A stretch of DNA of 64,000 nt, from the NCBI RefSeq assembly GCF_009914755.1, contig NC_060931.1, one strand, 5' to 3'. Positions within the stretch are counted from its first letter, which is position 1. Each line of letters starts with the position of its first letter. The notes beneath the pieces were generated by a model. That model saw nothing but the letters and a program-made list of their open reading frames with translations. It had not been told where the DNA came from and did no database searches. Below are positions 46,071 to 58,500 of the stretch, piece after piece. Made by a program: the position numbers and the translations under genes. The stretch comes from the human T2T-CHM13v2.0 reference genome, Homo sapiens.

Positions 46071-47935
46071 AAGTCATTAGGCAGGGTTTCCAGGGACAGC
46101 ACTGCCACAGCCTCCATTGTTCTGTGGGATATTCTGACCTGATTCAAGAAGAAAGCCTATGGAATTGTATGGACTTCACACTTTATATGAAAAGGTTGGC
46201 GGCAACCAAGCAGGGGAATACATCAGTTCCTTCTGAACACGGGGCTCACACCAGCCCATTTGCCTCATAATTGTATGCATGCTACAGCAAATGAGAAACT
46301 GCAACTTCCTCTGCCGAATGTAAGAAGAATTTATATTTTTGCTTAAAACGGAATGGTTTTCAATGCAAAGGCATTGATAAGGTTAAAGTGTCATACTGAA
46401 AATATCCTATATAGACAGCAATCGGCATAGGGGTGGAGAAAGTACGCTCTTTAAACTGCTTCCGTGGAAAATTTCAATCAACTGCTAGCTTTTGCTTCAC
46501 AAAACTTTGACGTATGTCCCTTGACCTTTACCAACTACCCTTTCACGTTTGACACTTAACGTTTGCTACATGATTAAAATTCAGCGTTAATTAATTTCAA
46601 CACTATCAGTTAAGTTATATTTAGCTAAGAACACTCACTTTTGTCTTTCGTGAGTAGCACTGCAGTGTTATTACAAAGAGGTAGTCAGGAGGGCAACAGA
46701 GATACGAGGAGAGAAGAATGATTCAGTGTGCAGATAATTGTTTTGAGTGAAATTTAGCTCGGTATTTTTGTTCCTGTCCTCAGTAGAACTGAGATTTAGC
46801 ACCTCCCGTTGGCATTTAGCCCCCACCCCCACATAGGAGGAAGCTGTGCGGGGCGGGTGCTGAGAACGAGCCACACCAGAATTAAATTATAGCACAATTC
46901 TAACACTGGCGAGAATTTTATCTGGCCAGCTCTTGAGTACAAACCTGGTGATCCCAAAAGAAAGCATCTCTGTGTGGTGTGTTATCATCCTCAATGAGGG
47001 AGGTTGACATCGTTGTTTAAAGAGCATCACCCGAAAAGTGGTAACCATTCCCAAAGAAACCAGTGGCAGCCAGAATATTTAGCCATAGCAAAACTGTAGT
47101 TCTAAACTTAAAAGGTCACCTGTGAAGTTGTCTTATTGATGATTTATTTTATGATGTGACTCACTAGAAATGAATAAAACCCAAGAAATTTGAGCTCTCT
47201 CTCCGAGTTTAACAAAGTGAGAAAACATTTTATTACTTTCTTTATTCCATGCTCTTTTGCTCTGTGAATGGATTATGGTAAGAAGGTAGATATGCAAATC
47301 TTGCTTTTACCTGAAGCTCAAAATGCTGTAGAACCATTATAGCTGCCACTCTTTGGGATGCTGGCATGAAATCGTGGTCTGTAAGATTACTGTGCCACTG
47401 AAATACTTCTGTCATTTAGATGCACGTACAAGACAGGAAGAGAGGTTCTGTGCTTGGTAGATAGTGTAGGTGAAACACAATTTATATGTAAGATGCCCAT
47501 AAATGTCTTACTAAGGTTCCAGTAATAGATGTTGGATTCTTTGGGACAGTATACCCAGGTAGCCTCCAATTGTTTTTTTTTAAATAAAAAAATGTGTTGC
47601 ATTTTTATTTGCGTATCACAAAACATTTTGCCTCCAATAATTCAACACTTATGTATCAGAATTTGGTTCCATGCCCTCAGCCCATCCACCACCTTTAGTT
47701 GGAGGGCACTGGGGATTTTGTCTTTTTGCTTACCCCCAGGGAAAATTCCAGCCTTCGTTTGCCAGGGATTTAAGTTGCTTCATTTCAGTACTCAAGTGAT
47801 TCAGCATCAAGTCACATTTCTCTTGTCAGGCACTGGTAGAATGTCCCTGCACTAGTAACTGGCCTTAGATTTTAAATCCAAGCCAAAGCTACCTTGTGTT
47901 CTTGGTGGGACACTAGATACCTATCTCGGTCCCAT

Positions 47936-48486
47936 TGTTGTGGGATTAGGAGGATTAGAGAGAGACTTTGGGGTGTATGTAGGAGGGTATTTTTATTACT
48001 GAGTGTATTTAGATTTAGTAGATTTAATGTTTAAAGATTGGGTTTAGAATAAAGATAGTATTTGATTTTTATGTATATTTTATAAAAGGGGGTGGGTTAG
48101 TTTGAAGTAAGTTTATAGTGGCGTGAAAGTAGGGATCTAGAAGCAGGATAAAGATAGTTAATTAAATTGTAATAGGTTTATAATTTATGATTGTATATGA
48201 TTGTTTTTAACTAATTTAGATGTTTATTATTTAGGTTTTGTTTTAAAGAGTTTTGTATTGGTTTATTTTATAATTTTTATTATGGTGTTTAATAGTTGTA
48301 GTTTTAGGTTTGTTTAGTTTTTTTATGATTTTTGTTGTATTTTTAGAGAAAATAGAATATTTGAAGTTATTAGTTATAGAGAATAAGAATTTATAAAAAT
48401 ATACTTATTGTTGTCTTTGAAATAAATTAATTTAATATAGAAAAATTTATTTTATTTTATTATTATTTTTTAAATTTCCTGCCTCA
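47936..48486 (-). mobile_element. Solo ERV1 LTR, LTR6 (HERVS71/HERV-T)-like, massively C-to-T converted on the + strand (G-to-A on the LTR sense strand)
   Basis: TG (47936) to CA (48486) termini, 4-bp TSD CCAT (47932-47935 and 48487-48490), LTR-sense AATAAA (tttatt at 47992-47997). Reads as the remembered LTR6 reverse complement with C changed to T (e.g. gagtgtatttagatttagtagatttaa versus gagtgcactcagacccagcagacttaa). Confidence 0.85.
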
Positions 48487-49221
48487 CCATTGCATGAGAA
48501 CCTAATCAGCCCTCTGGGATGAAGTCTCTGGCTTTTTTACTCCAGTATCCTGGAATCCTGTTTCTGAACTCTAGTCTTATGCTTAAGGTCTTGGCCACCA
48601 TTGAAAATGTTCCTGGTTCAGCTTCCCTGTGCTTGCTTCTGACCTGGGTCTCCTCTGGATTTGCTGTCAGCTGCTTATTTGCTTGTCACAGCAGCCCTGA
48701 ATCCTTCCACCTCCAGCAGTCACCGAGCCTTCTGGATACTCTGATTTATTCTTCAAACTGGACTGACTCCCCATACCTTCTGCTGAACAGATTTCCAGGA
48801 GCATGTGTACCACCCCAGTGTGCTGCTCTGTTTGAGGTCCTATTTCTTGACCTTGGCCGAGTCCTGCCATAAGGTTATGCAGGAAAAGGCTGAGCTTTAA
48901 TATTAGGGGAGCATCCATAAATGAAAGAGAGGAAATCATCTGCTATATTTAGGAGCAAATAAAAATTTTAAGAGTGGGAAGGTCTTATTGAAATGTTTTC
49001 TAGTCCGTGAATCCTCTAGTCTTTTTTGGCTTCATTTGGTGTATTATAGGATGAAACGTTATTTTTATGTCAAATGTTTACTTTCAAATGAAAATGTTAA
49101 ACACTTCTGTGTTTTGCCATATCTTTCTTTGATGTCGACTGAATAGATGGCTGTCCATGCCTTGCAATTGAAGATGGTTTTATTTTGTAAATTATTTTTC
49201 TCTCTGTTTTTGCCTTTTCAG

Positions 49222-49285
49222 GTATTACACAATGGCCTCGTTATGGAGATGGAGCATCCAACTGTGGGGAAGATTTCCGTCCCAG
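49222..49285 (+). CDS. SUGCT: Internal coding exon (64 nt, near the C-terminus) of succinyl-CoA:glutarate CoA-transferase (CaiB/BaiF family III CoA-transferase)
   Basis: Strong acceptor (ttatttttctctctgtttttgccttttcag, AG at 49220-49221) and donor CAG|GTCTGA (GT at 49286). Phase-0 translation [21 protein letters not shown]+G matches the SUGCT C-terminal peptide I recognise (...EPQ|[22 protein letters not shown]|PAVRY...) and the HP-x-x-G motif of family III CoA-transferases. Confidence 0.93.
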
Positions 49286-50644
49286 GTCTGAAAAGTTTTG
49301 GTATTTTCTCTAGCACCTTTCTTTATTAATTGTCCCATATGCTGTTTACTACAGGTAGCTTATGAGCTCCCAAACAACTTTCCAAGACATTATCCAAATT
49401 TATAACATTGGGTAAAAGGGGAATCCTAGGACTGCACTCACAAAAATGTATGCTGAGACTATGGCATTGTGTCTTAGCTCTAAGGAGTGTCGGATTGCCA
49501 CGATGACAAAAAAATGCTCGCATTTCTTAATTCCATTTTGTGTAATCACGTGCTCACAAAAGTACATCATGTAATTATCAACAGGTTGATAGTAATAGGT
49601 ATGGCCAATAACAAGAAATAGAGTGTCGTTCATATGAGAATTGGAAAGAAAGCCAGGCAAGATGTAACTGGAGTCCGAGGAAGGCTACTGACTGCTCAGG
49701 CTCGGGCATTTTCTTTCAGAACCGTGGTTTAAGGTGTGGATCTTGGCTTTACAGAACAAGAAACTAAATGTTTTCAGTACACCCAGAATAGATTGAATTT
49801 TTGGAAGTTGATTCATACTAAACCAGCTCACCAGAGACTGCTGCCTAAGCCGAAATGCCAGCTTCTTTACTTGCAGAGGGAGCTCTTATTTCAGCAGCCA
49901 GTAGCCTCATGCCTACTCTCAAAGCATCCTCTTAAGTGGTGCATTTAAACTGCAGTGAGAGCTTGTGACCAATACATTTCCCTCCCACAGCCTCCATTTC
50001 TCTGATAATCACAATATTACCTTTATCAGATATGTTTTTTCTCTATTCCAGGCATCGCTGGAAAATCCACATTCCAGCAATGAAGTTCCAAATTATTTGT
50101 TCATTGTGTCCATATTTTCTAGACTAAACACAAACCAAGCACTTATTTTTTTTTCTTTTCTTCTGATGGAGGTCAGTGAAATTAGCTAGGATATAATTTT
50201 TGTTATTGTTTTTTCCTAAAACCGTTTCCTGGCCATCTTACTTGGAATTTAGGTATCTGCCAAACTCTTCAGTCACCTCAGTCAGGTGGCATAGAGTATT
50301 TACTTCTACAGGCATCTGATCTCATTTATTGAAGGACTATTCTTGTTAATTTTATCCTAAATAGAATCTAAGATTTGGGATCAGCTTTATAATAATCTCC
50401 CATAACCTACCAGATAGTGACCACTCGCGCATGAAAAGAGTAAGAGGAGGGAAGTATGATGAATAAAGAAAGTTGAAGAGAAAATTCTAATGTTCAAGAA
50501 CATAAGGAATATTATGCATGGATTAAGGAAGGTAACTAAGAGAGCAGGTATAAGCAAATGAAAAACTGAGATCACATGTTCTAGGGAAATGTTATATGGT
50601 ATAGAAAAGTGGTAGAAAAAAATGTTGACAAAAGCTAAGAAGTT

Positions 50645-51260
50645 CATCAGTTCATCCACTCATCTGTATTACTGAGTATATACTATGTGCCAGGTACTGC
50701 TTTGGGTCCTAAAAATACAAAAATAAACCAGACAACTTCACCCCTGGCCACCTGGAACTGATACTTAATAGAAAGTTGAATGATATAACAACCAACAAAT
50801 GTTTCTATAACTGTAAGTCATAAGTGCAAAGAAAGAAAGAAGAATGTGCTGTCATAGAGAATGATGGGGTCAGATGGGGCCTTCTGTAGTTTAGGTGATC
50901 GAAGAAAGTCTCTCTGAGAGGCAGACTTATAACATGACACTGAGGGGCAAAACGAATAGAGGATGAGCATTTCCAGCAGAGGGAACAGCATGGGAGAAAA
51001 CCCCGAGGTGATGAAGTGTGGGGTGTGTTCTAAGCCAGGATGAAAGGTGGGGAAGTGGGGCAGGAAATGAGACTGGAGAGGTAGGGAGAGCCTGGGGGCC
51101 CTGTTAAAGTTGTGTTTTCTCTCGTTTTAAGTAGGGGAATAAAATCACACAATTTACAGCTTAAAGCCGGCGGTCAGGTTAGGAAGTGATACAGGAGTTT
51201 AGGTGATAGTGTCTTAAATTAGGGTCATGGGAATAGAAATAAAAAGAAGGGGTGGTTAAA
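50645..51260 (-). mobile_element. L2 fragment
   Basis: tactatgtgccaggtactgc...gcatttccagcagagggaacagcatg. Confidence 0.7.
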
Positions 51261-51798
51261 ATAAAAAATGTAATCATAAGTCTTTGAGTATTAGATCTTT
51301 AGAAAACATCTGGTCTAGTAGTTTTTGATATTTATACAGTAAAACTGATTTTCCACATGAAGAATCCGTAGCTAACACAGATGGAAGCAGAGTTAGGCTG
51401 ATTGATAGGTTAGCACTCCTATTGTTTAGCTTTCCTCCTCTGCCCACCATGCTGTGGTCTTCCACACATCTCTCCTTGGAAGTCTGGGCCCTGAAGAACC
51501 AGTGATCACTTAACCCCACAAGTTTACAGATGAGGTCATACAGGGGTTGGTATCCCCAACACATTAGAGAAAGGGTAAGCATTTGAAAGTCAATATGATT
51601 GTCAGCATGATAATGAGGAAAAAAGTAAGTCAGTGGCCAACCAAGAATGAACTCATTGGAGGTAACACTCTTTCAGTCAGGCGTAATTTGCTGACTTTCA
51701 CTGTAAGTGAACGAAAGCTAAATCTCAGGAGGAGGGAAGTATTATTTACAGATTACTAGAAGGGAAGAATATTTCTTTTGCCCACTTTAATTTATCAA

Positions 51799-52585
<787 letters not shown>

Positions 52586-55500
52586 GAGTTCTCAGATCCA
52601 CAGCAATTTCTTTCTCCTTTTTTTGTTTTAATCTCCCTTTGGAAAATTCTATTTTTGTTTAGTGTTTATAGGGCTTAGTCATCTTTTTGGTATGTCTATC
52701 TTGTTATCTTGTATTCTTTCTATAGAATTATCAATATGGGAATTCCCAGATTTGAGATGAAATGCATGAGTCTAGTTAATGTTTGGAATTAGAATCTGAG
52801 TGTGTTTTGAGTGCAGCACATCTGAATTCCTCATGAGAGGGGAATGACAATTCTGCTTACAGATGTCAGATAAAAAGAGGCTATTGTATCTCCTAATTCA
52901 GTATATCCCAATAAGAGGCCACATAAACAGGACAAGAGTTGTTAAATGCAAAGGGAATGTATCAGTAATATAATTTACAATTTGTCTGTGGATTCTACCT
53001 GTCCTTGATTTTATTTACCTATGATAGTTCTGCCTTTCTTTGTTGGGGATGTTCCCATTGGAGAACTCATAAATGCTATAGACATAACTCAGTTTCCTCA
53101 GAATGTCTCAATATGGTAAGTCTGCCAAAACAAGAAACACAAGCTACAGTTAAAGGTGACTTTTGCTACACTGTTTTCTGGTTAACTAGTGGAGACACAT
53201 TTTGAATTTGCTAGACATAGTTCTATAGATTTACACATACATATCCACATCTTCACGTTTACAGTAACAATCCTTATTAAGATTGTTATTAGCATTATTA
53301 GCATTACCAGCTTATTACCATTCCAAATTATTCTACTTATTTATATTTCCTGCCTTATTTATGAACTTCTTGCAACCAGTACTGAATTTTCTGTATGTCA
53401 CACTAATTTGCCTGAAGCACTTTCTTAGTCATTACCAGAAACTTGTCTCTTAAAAACAGCAGTAAATCATGTGATATTTATAGAGCCTTCTTTAGAGTTG
53501 TATAAATCCACATAGCATTCCTTCAGATGAGAGCTTATTGATTAATACATTAAAGATACTGGTCAACTCGTGTTTAATATACTTTGGACAAGGATAGGAA
53601 ATTATTTACCTCTTAAAAATCCCTTTTGGCTACTTAAAGAAAATAATTATTTCAGCCATTTAGTACATTGTTTCAATCTTTGTAATCATTACCATTATTA
53701 AAATACAATAAGTAGTATCATCTAAACTATTTCCTTTATTATATCTATTGCAAATACTCCCTTTCATATGAGTCTCTATCATCTTCAAACTATAATAAAG
53801 AGTTAGGAAAGAAATGTAATTTGTGTTTACAGATGATCTGGTTAAAACATGCAAACTAGTTAAGCCCATGAATTATCTCTAAGTATGAGTTTTAGTTATG
53901 CTAATGCTATTGTTCTTTATTTAGTATATTATTCATTAAAGTACTCCCTCATCTGAACTTTAAAGCCTATTATACAGTTAAAAGTGAAGAGAGACAAAGA
54001 AAAATGAACTATCAATGGGTGTATAAGTGAGAACAGGTATTATGTGACTCTTTGCCAGACTCTAACATTCTGGTGTTCTAAGAGGCCTCAGTGAGGGAAG
54101 TGGTTGTTAGTTTGAGGTCACCATTAGCTTAATGATAGAAGTGTCAGCATGATAGGCACAATGTACTAATTTGCTCTTAATTAATATAACCTGTATTGAG
54201 TGCTAAAACCTCAAACATTCCCTCCCCTGCCCCCGACAACTAACCTAACTAAACTTACTGTGTCTGGTACACTATTTAAGCTCTGGGGAGAAAACTGGAT
54301 AGGACCAGTCCCTCGTGGAGCTTATGCTTGGCCAGGGAAACAGGCATGAACAATGAACATGGAAAAGTAGGTTGAGTGTTTCCTTGGAGAATCAGGGGCT
54401 ACAGCTCAAGGCTCTGGGTGCACATACCAGGGAGACCTCACTTAGTGTGTAGGCTGAGGAAAGGTTTCTCTGAGAAGTGAAATGTATGCTTCACTTTCAG
54501 TGTGTAACTAAGTACAAAAACAGTATCAATGTTGAATCTGTGAGTGGTTTTCCACCTACTGTGATGTGCTACTGTAAATATACCTCTTTAATTACTTCAG
54601 GTATCTTTGATGACCTATTTAAATTTGTGTACATCATTGTACATAGGATAAAATGTTTTCACGTTTTTATGATAAAATTTGAACAAATAGCTTTTTAATA
54701 GATGTAATGATCCTGTGATTCATCAACAATGCCAATGATTCTTCAATGAAATTATATAATGTAAAAAAATGCAATCAGATACATGAACAATGTGAGTGCC
54801 TGGCACCCTGGAGGAGCAGAGAAAGCACTCCAGTGGAGAAACAGGGAGGGGGCAGGCTCACAGTGACCCCGAAGAGGGATCCAGAGGCCAGAGGAATAAG
54901 TTCTAAAATAGAGCTAATAATCACATTAAATACAAATCAAAAAAAATTCAAAGATATCTATGCTGGGGTCCCTGAGATTCCTACTGTCTGAGGAGTGAAG
55001 GTAGGACTTGCGAGTGGAGCTTGGATAGAAACCACCGGTTTAGCAGATGTTCTCATGGATTGATTTTAGGGGTAATTTCTATCTCTGTTGAAGACTTTTG
55101 TAAAACTTACAGTGTCCTAAATTTTAAACTGTGAAATTGATAGAAATTTGTATTTGTTAATTACAGAAATTTAAAAAGCACATTAAAGTTTACATCACAG
55201 CATTTCTGCGACAGGAGATGGGCCATTATGTAAATTTCACCTTATTTGTGACTTTAGTGGGAAGATCTTGCATAAGTTATCACATTCCAAAGGTTGGCCA
55301 ATTTCCACCAAGCCATTCACTATTTGCATCTTCTTGCAATCACACCGGTCTTTGGCCTTTGAGCCAGAGTGGAGCATGCTGTCCTTGCATGTACTGTGGA
55401 GGTGCCAAGTTAGCATTGGTGCTGAGTGCCAAACTTCAAAGGATGTCATTGGAATAGAGTTTGATGTGTAGCTCTGCAGTTTCTCACCATAACCTTTTTC

Positions 55501-58500
55501 AGATACTTCCTGTGAATGTGCATTGCAGTCATTTGATTCTAGTTGCACTTCTGGGAAGTGTTTCAGTGGTGAGTGTGTCTGTGCTGTGAAGGGGAAGCAG
55601 TCTTCTATACATGCAAAAGGATTCGAAATTGAATTGCTTCTGCCTGCTGGTCCCCTGATCTGTGTTTTTCAGAAAGCAGCTCCAGGTTCTTCAATATACT
55701 TTATCCATAGTATTTTAATACTCACATTTGGAACTTGCAGCAGTTTTTAACTAGTGGGTGTTGGATGCAGAGACAGTAGTCACCACCATGCATTAGTGTA
55801 GTTTGAATCAAATTATTAGAATATTGATGTTTGGATTTTAAGGTGAATTTGTATAAAGTTGAATGTACTCCTCTATTTTATTATCGGACACATTATATTT
55901 CTGAATGTTTTGCAAGATGTTTTGTAAGTAATGATCTAAAACACTTCTCTGGGTTTGAGACAGTATACCTTCATAAGCTCCCAGAGGGCAAAAATGTCAT
56001 AATTTGAAGTCTAACCAGCACCCTGTATGCCAACTAGGAACTTAAGAACATTTTCTGGATGATGATTACAATGGAAAACTATTAGATAATCAAAAACTTG
56101 ATTTATGATCCATTTATTCAGTATGCATTTTTTATTAATGGACTGGCTACCTGCAGAAGCTCTCTGATAACAATTTATTTTACTTATTTAGTTAGTTTTC
56201 AATTTGAAGCCTATACATTAAATGGAGTAACTGCCTTGTATTTTCCATGCATTACAACTCTGCCTTTTCTATGCTACACAAGACTTTGCCTTCCCCTGTT
56301 ACTTTTAGCTTTTTTCTTCTCTTTAGGTAGAAAATTAGATCATGTTTCTGAAATCACATGTCCTCAAAGTGCAGTTAAATTTCTATAATGGATAACAGCA
56401 GTGGGGAAAGCTGTCACAAATCTCACTGGGGAAAAAGAAAAATTAAGAGGAACCAAAGTTTCAGCATATATCTCTCCATAAAGTTTAAGTATGTTGGTGC
56501 TCATAAGGAATTCTGTGTAAAACCAATGTGAAAATGAAAGGTGAGATAAGTTATTTCTTCCAGGTAGAAAGGCCTTTCAGATGACAACAGGAAAAGTGTG
56601 TAAAGTTTTCATGTTGTGCGTAGTGCATAATCTATCTTCTAGAAAGAGCATACTCCTTTAGGGACCAGGTTAAGCTGCAAAAAGAGGAAAGAGATGAAAG
56701 GAAGTTTCTAGAGTCTGTCAACAAAATGAGAGAAAGTTGGCAGGAAAGTGAATTTTCAAATAGACTAGCTAGGGTACTTCCCAAAGTCCTCAATTATTTT
56801 TTTACCATTATTAAATCCTTAACCCATGGCAGGGTACTGAGTGAAATCAATCAGTGTATTCTCAGGTGACTTGCCATTGAGTGCCTGGAGTCTTCTCTGG
56901 AAGTCCCTATAACAATAAGGTGGGATAGTAGACATTGTTACTGTTCTGTGAGAAATGAATAGCACAGTGATTTTCCTTCCTAGGAGAGCAGGGAGGAAAC
57001 AAAGGAGGCGTGAATTGCATCCCCAGGAATGTCTTTCCATCAGGCACCAGAGAAGCATCAGGAGCCAAGTTACTGTCGCTGATACAACTCAGGGATCTCC
57101 ATCAACTATGCTTATCTGTGGCATGAGGAAGAAATATTTTGTGAGACCTGGGCTTTCATACTCTGGGAATTCTTATTTCTGTTAGTTGGGACTTGGAAAG
57201 CTGCCAAGAGCTCAGTTGTTCTTTTGCAACATATCCTCATCAACGTAGACCCTAGTGGGCTTCCCGATAAGTGAATGTGTCTAACAGACAAGAAACTCTT
57301 ATTGCAAATCAGCCCTAAGTTATCAATGAATTCCTGGGGTGCAGAGTAAGTTTTCACTACTAGGAAGTGATATTTATGCTCAAGAATTTTCCTGGGGGAA
57401 TATTTAATTGGACTCATACATTCTTTGGGATTTTTTCCAGTATCTCTATGCAGAATGATCCTTGAGATTAGAGGTATGTTTTAAATAATCCGAGTGGACC
57501 ATTGAATGTTAACCTGAATATAGAAATCAAAAGAAAAATAAAAAGCCACAGGAAGAGTAAAAGGCTAAATGATGGTATACCGTTTTTGCTATTGTGTCAG
57601 AAGATGTATCAGAAATTTTCATCAGTTCTTGATTGCATTCCTGGTATATTAGCTGCAGCCAACCTTCACTGAGTGCACAAAAAAGTCTTTCTGGATCAAC
57701 TTTAAGTACTGACTTTACGATAAGCATTTAGGGAATAAATTAATCAAATTTAATTAGACATGTAAACTGATTAGAGAAGTAAAAACAAATATCTTACAAT
57801 AGCTAAATACAAAAGTTTTAAAATTATCTACCAGTTTGGACTTCAGTATCATGGCGTTAACTTGGAGAATCAAGAAGTGACATTATCTTTGCCTCCAAGT
57901 GGCTTCAGCTAGGAGTGAGTTGCTTGGCTTTATGGTTGGGTTTATTCATGGTTGGACAGGGAGTCATTTTAATCCTTTCTCAAAGAGGAGTGGCTTTGCT
58001 TTCCTTCAGCATTACCAAGAAGGGACTTCTTGGTGCATGAAGAGATAAATTGGGCTGAATTTCATGGAATTTTTTTTTTAATGATCAGTCTTTAAGATGT
58101 CAAGAAGTATTCTGATTAAGAAGACTTAGATAAAATATTTATCTTTACTAAGCCAGATGGAGCAAGCCACCTTTTTATTTAAAATGATTGTAGTTTAATT
58201 TTGACTAAGCATACAATGTTATGATAATATTAAAAAGATGTTGGTGGAGATAAAGAAATGGTAGTAAAGGGGTTAAAGAAAAACCTTCAGATACCTTACT
58301 ATAATCAATAGGAAATGTATCATATCCCATTTTTCATATCATCCCCAAACCTTCAGGATTTGGGGGCACTGAGCTAGGTATGTGGGCCTTATTGCTTCTC
58401 TCCTCAGCTGGAGCGAATCTTATTTGTCCTGTATGTATCAGCTTTAATGAAACCATATCTTCATGTTGTCATATCTTTATCTGGGTATGGCATTAACAGT

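Noticed and set aside
47936-48477. Simple low-complexity AT/GT-rich DNA, or bisulfite-read contamination
   Set aside because: It has LTR termini, a TSD and LTR motifs. The conversion is confined to the element and at least one apparent CpG (tgttgCggg to tgttgTggg) is also converted. An artefact cannot be fully excluded without independent reads.
49147-49329. 60-aa ORF as a stand-alone gene
   Set aside because: Only the central 21 codons are the spliced SUGCT exon. The rest is intron read in frame.
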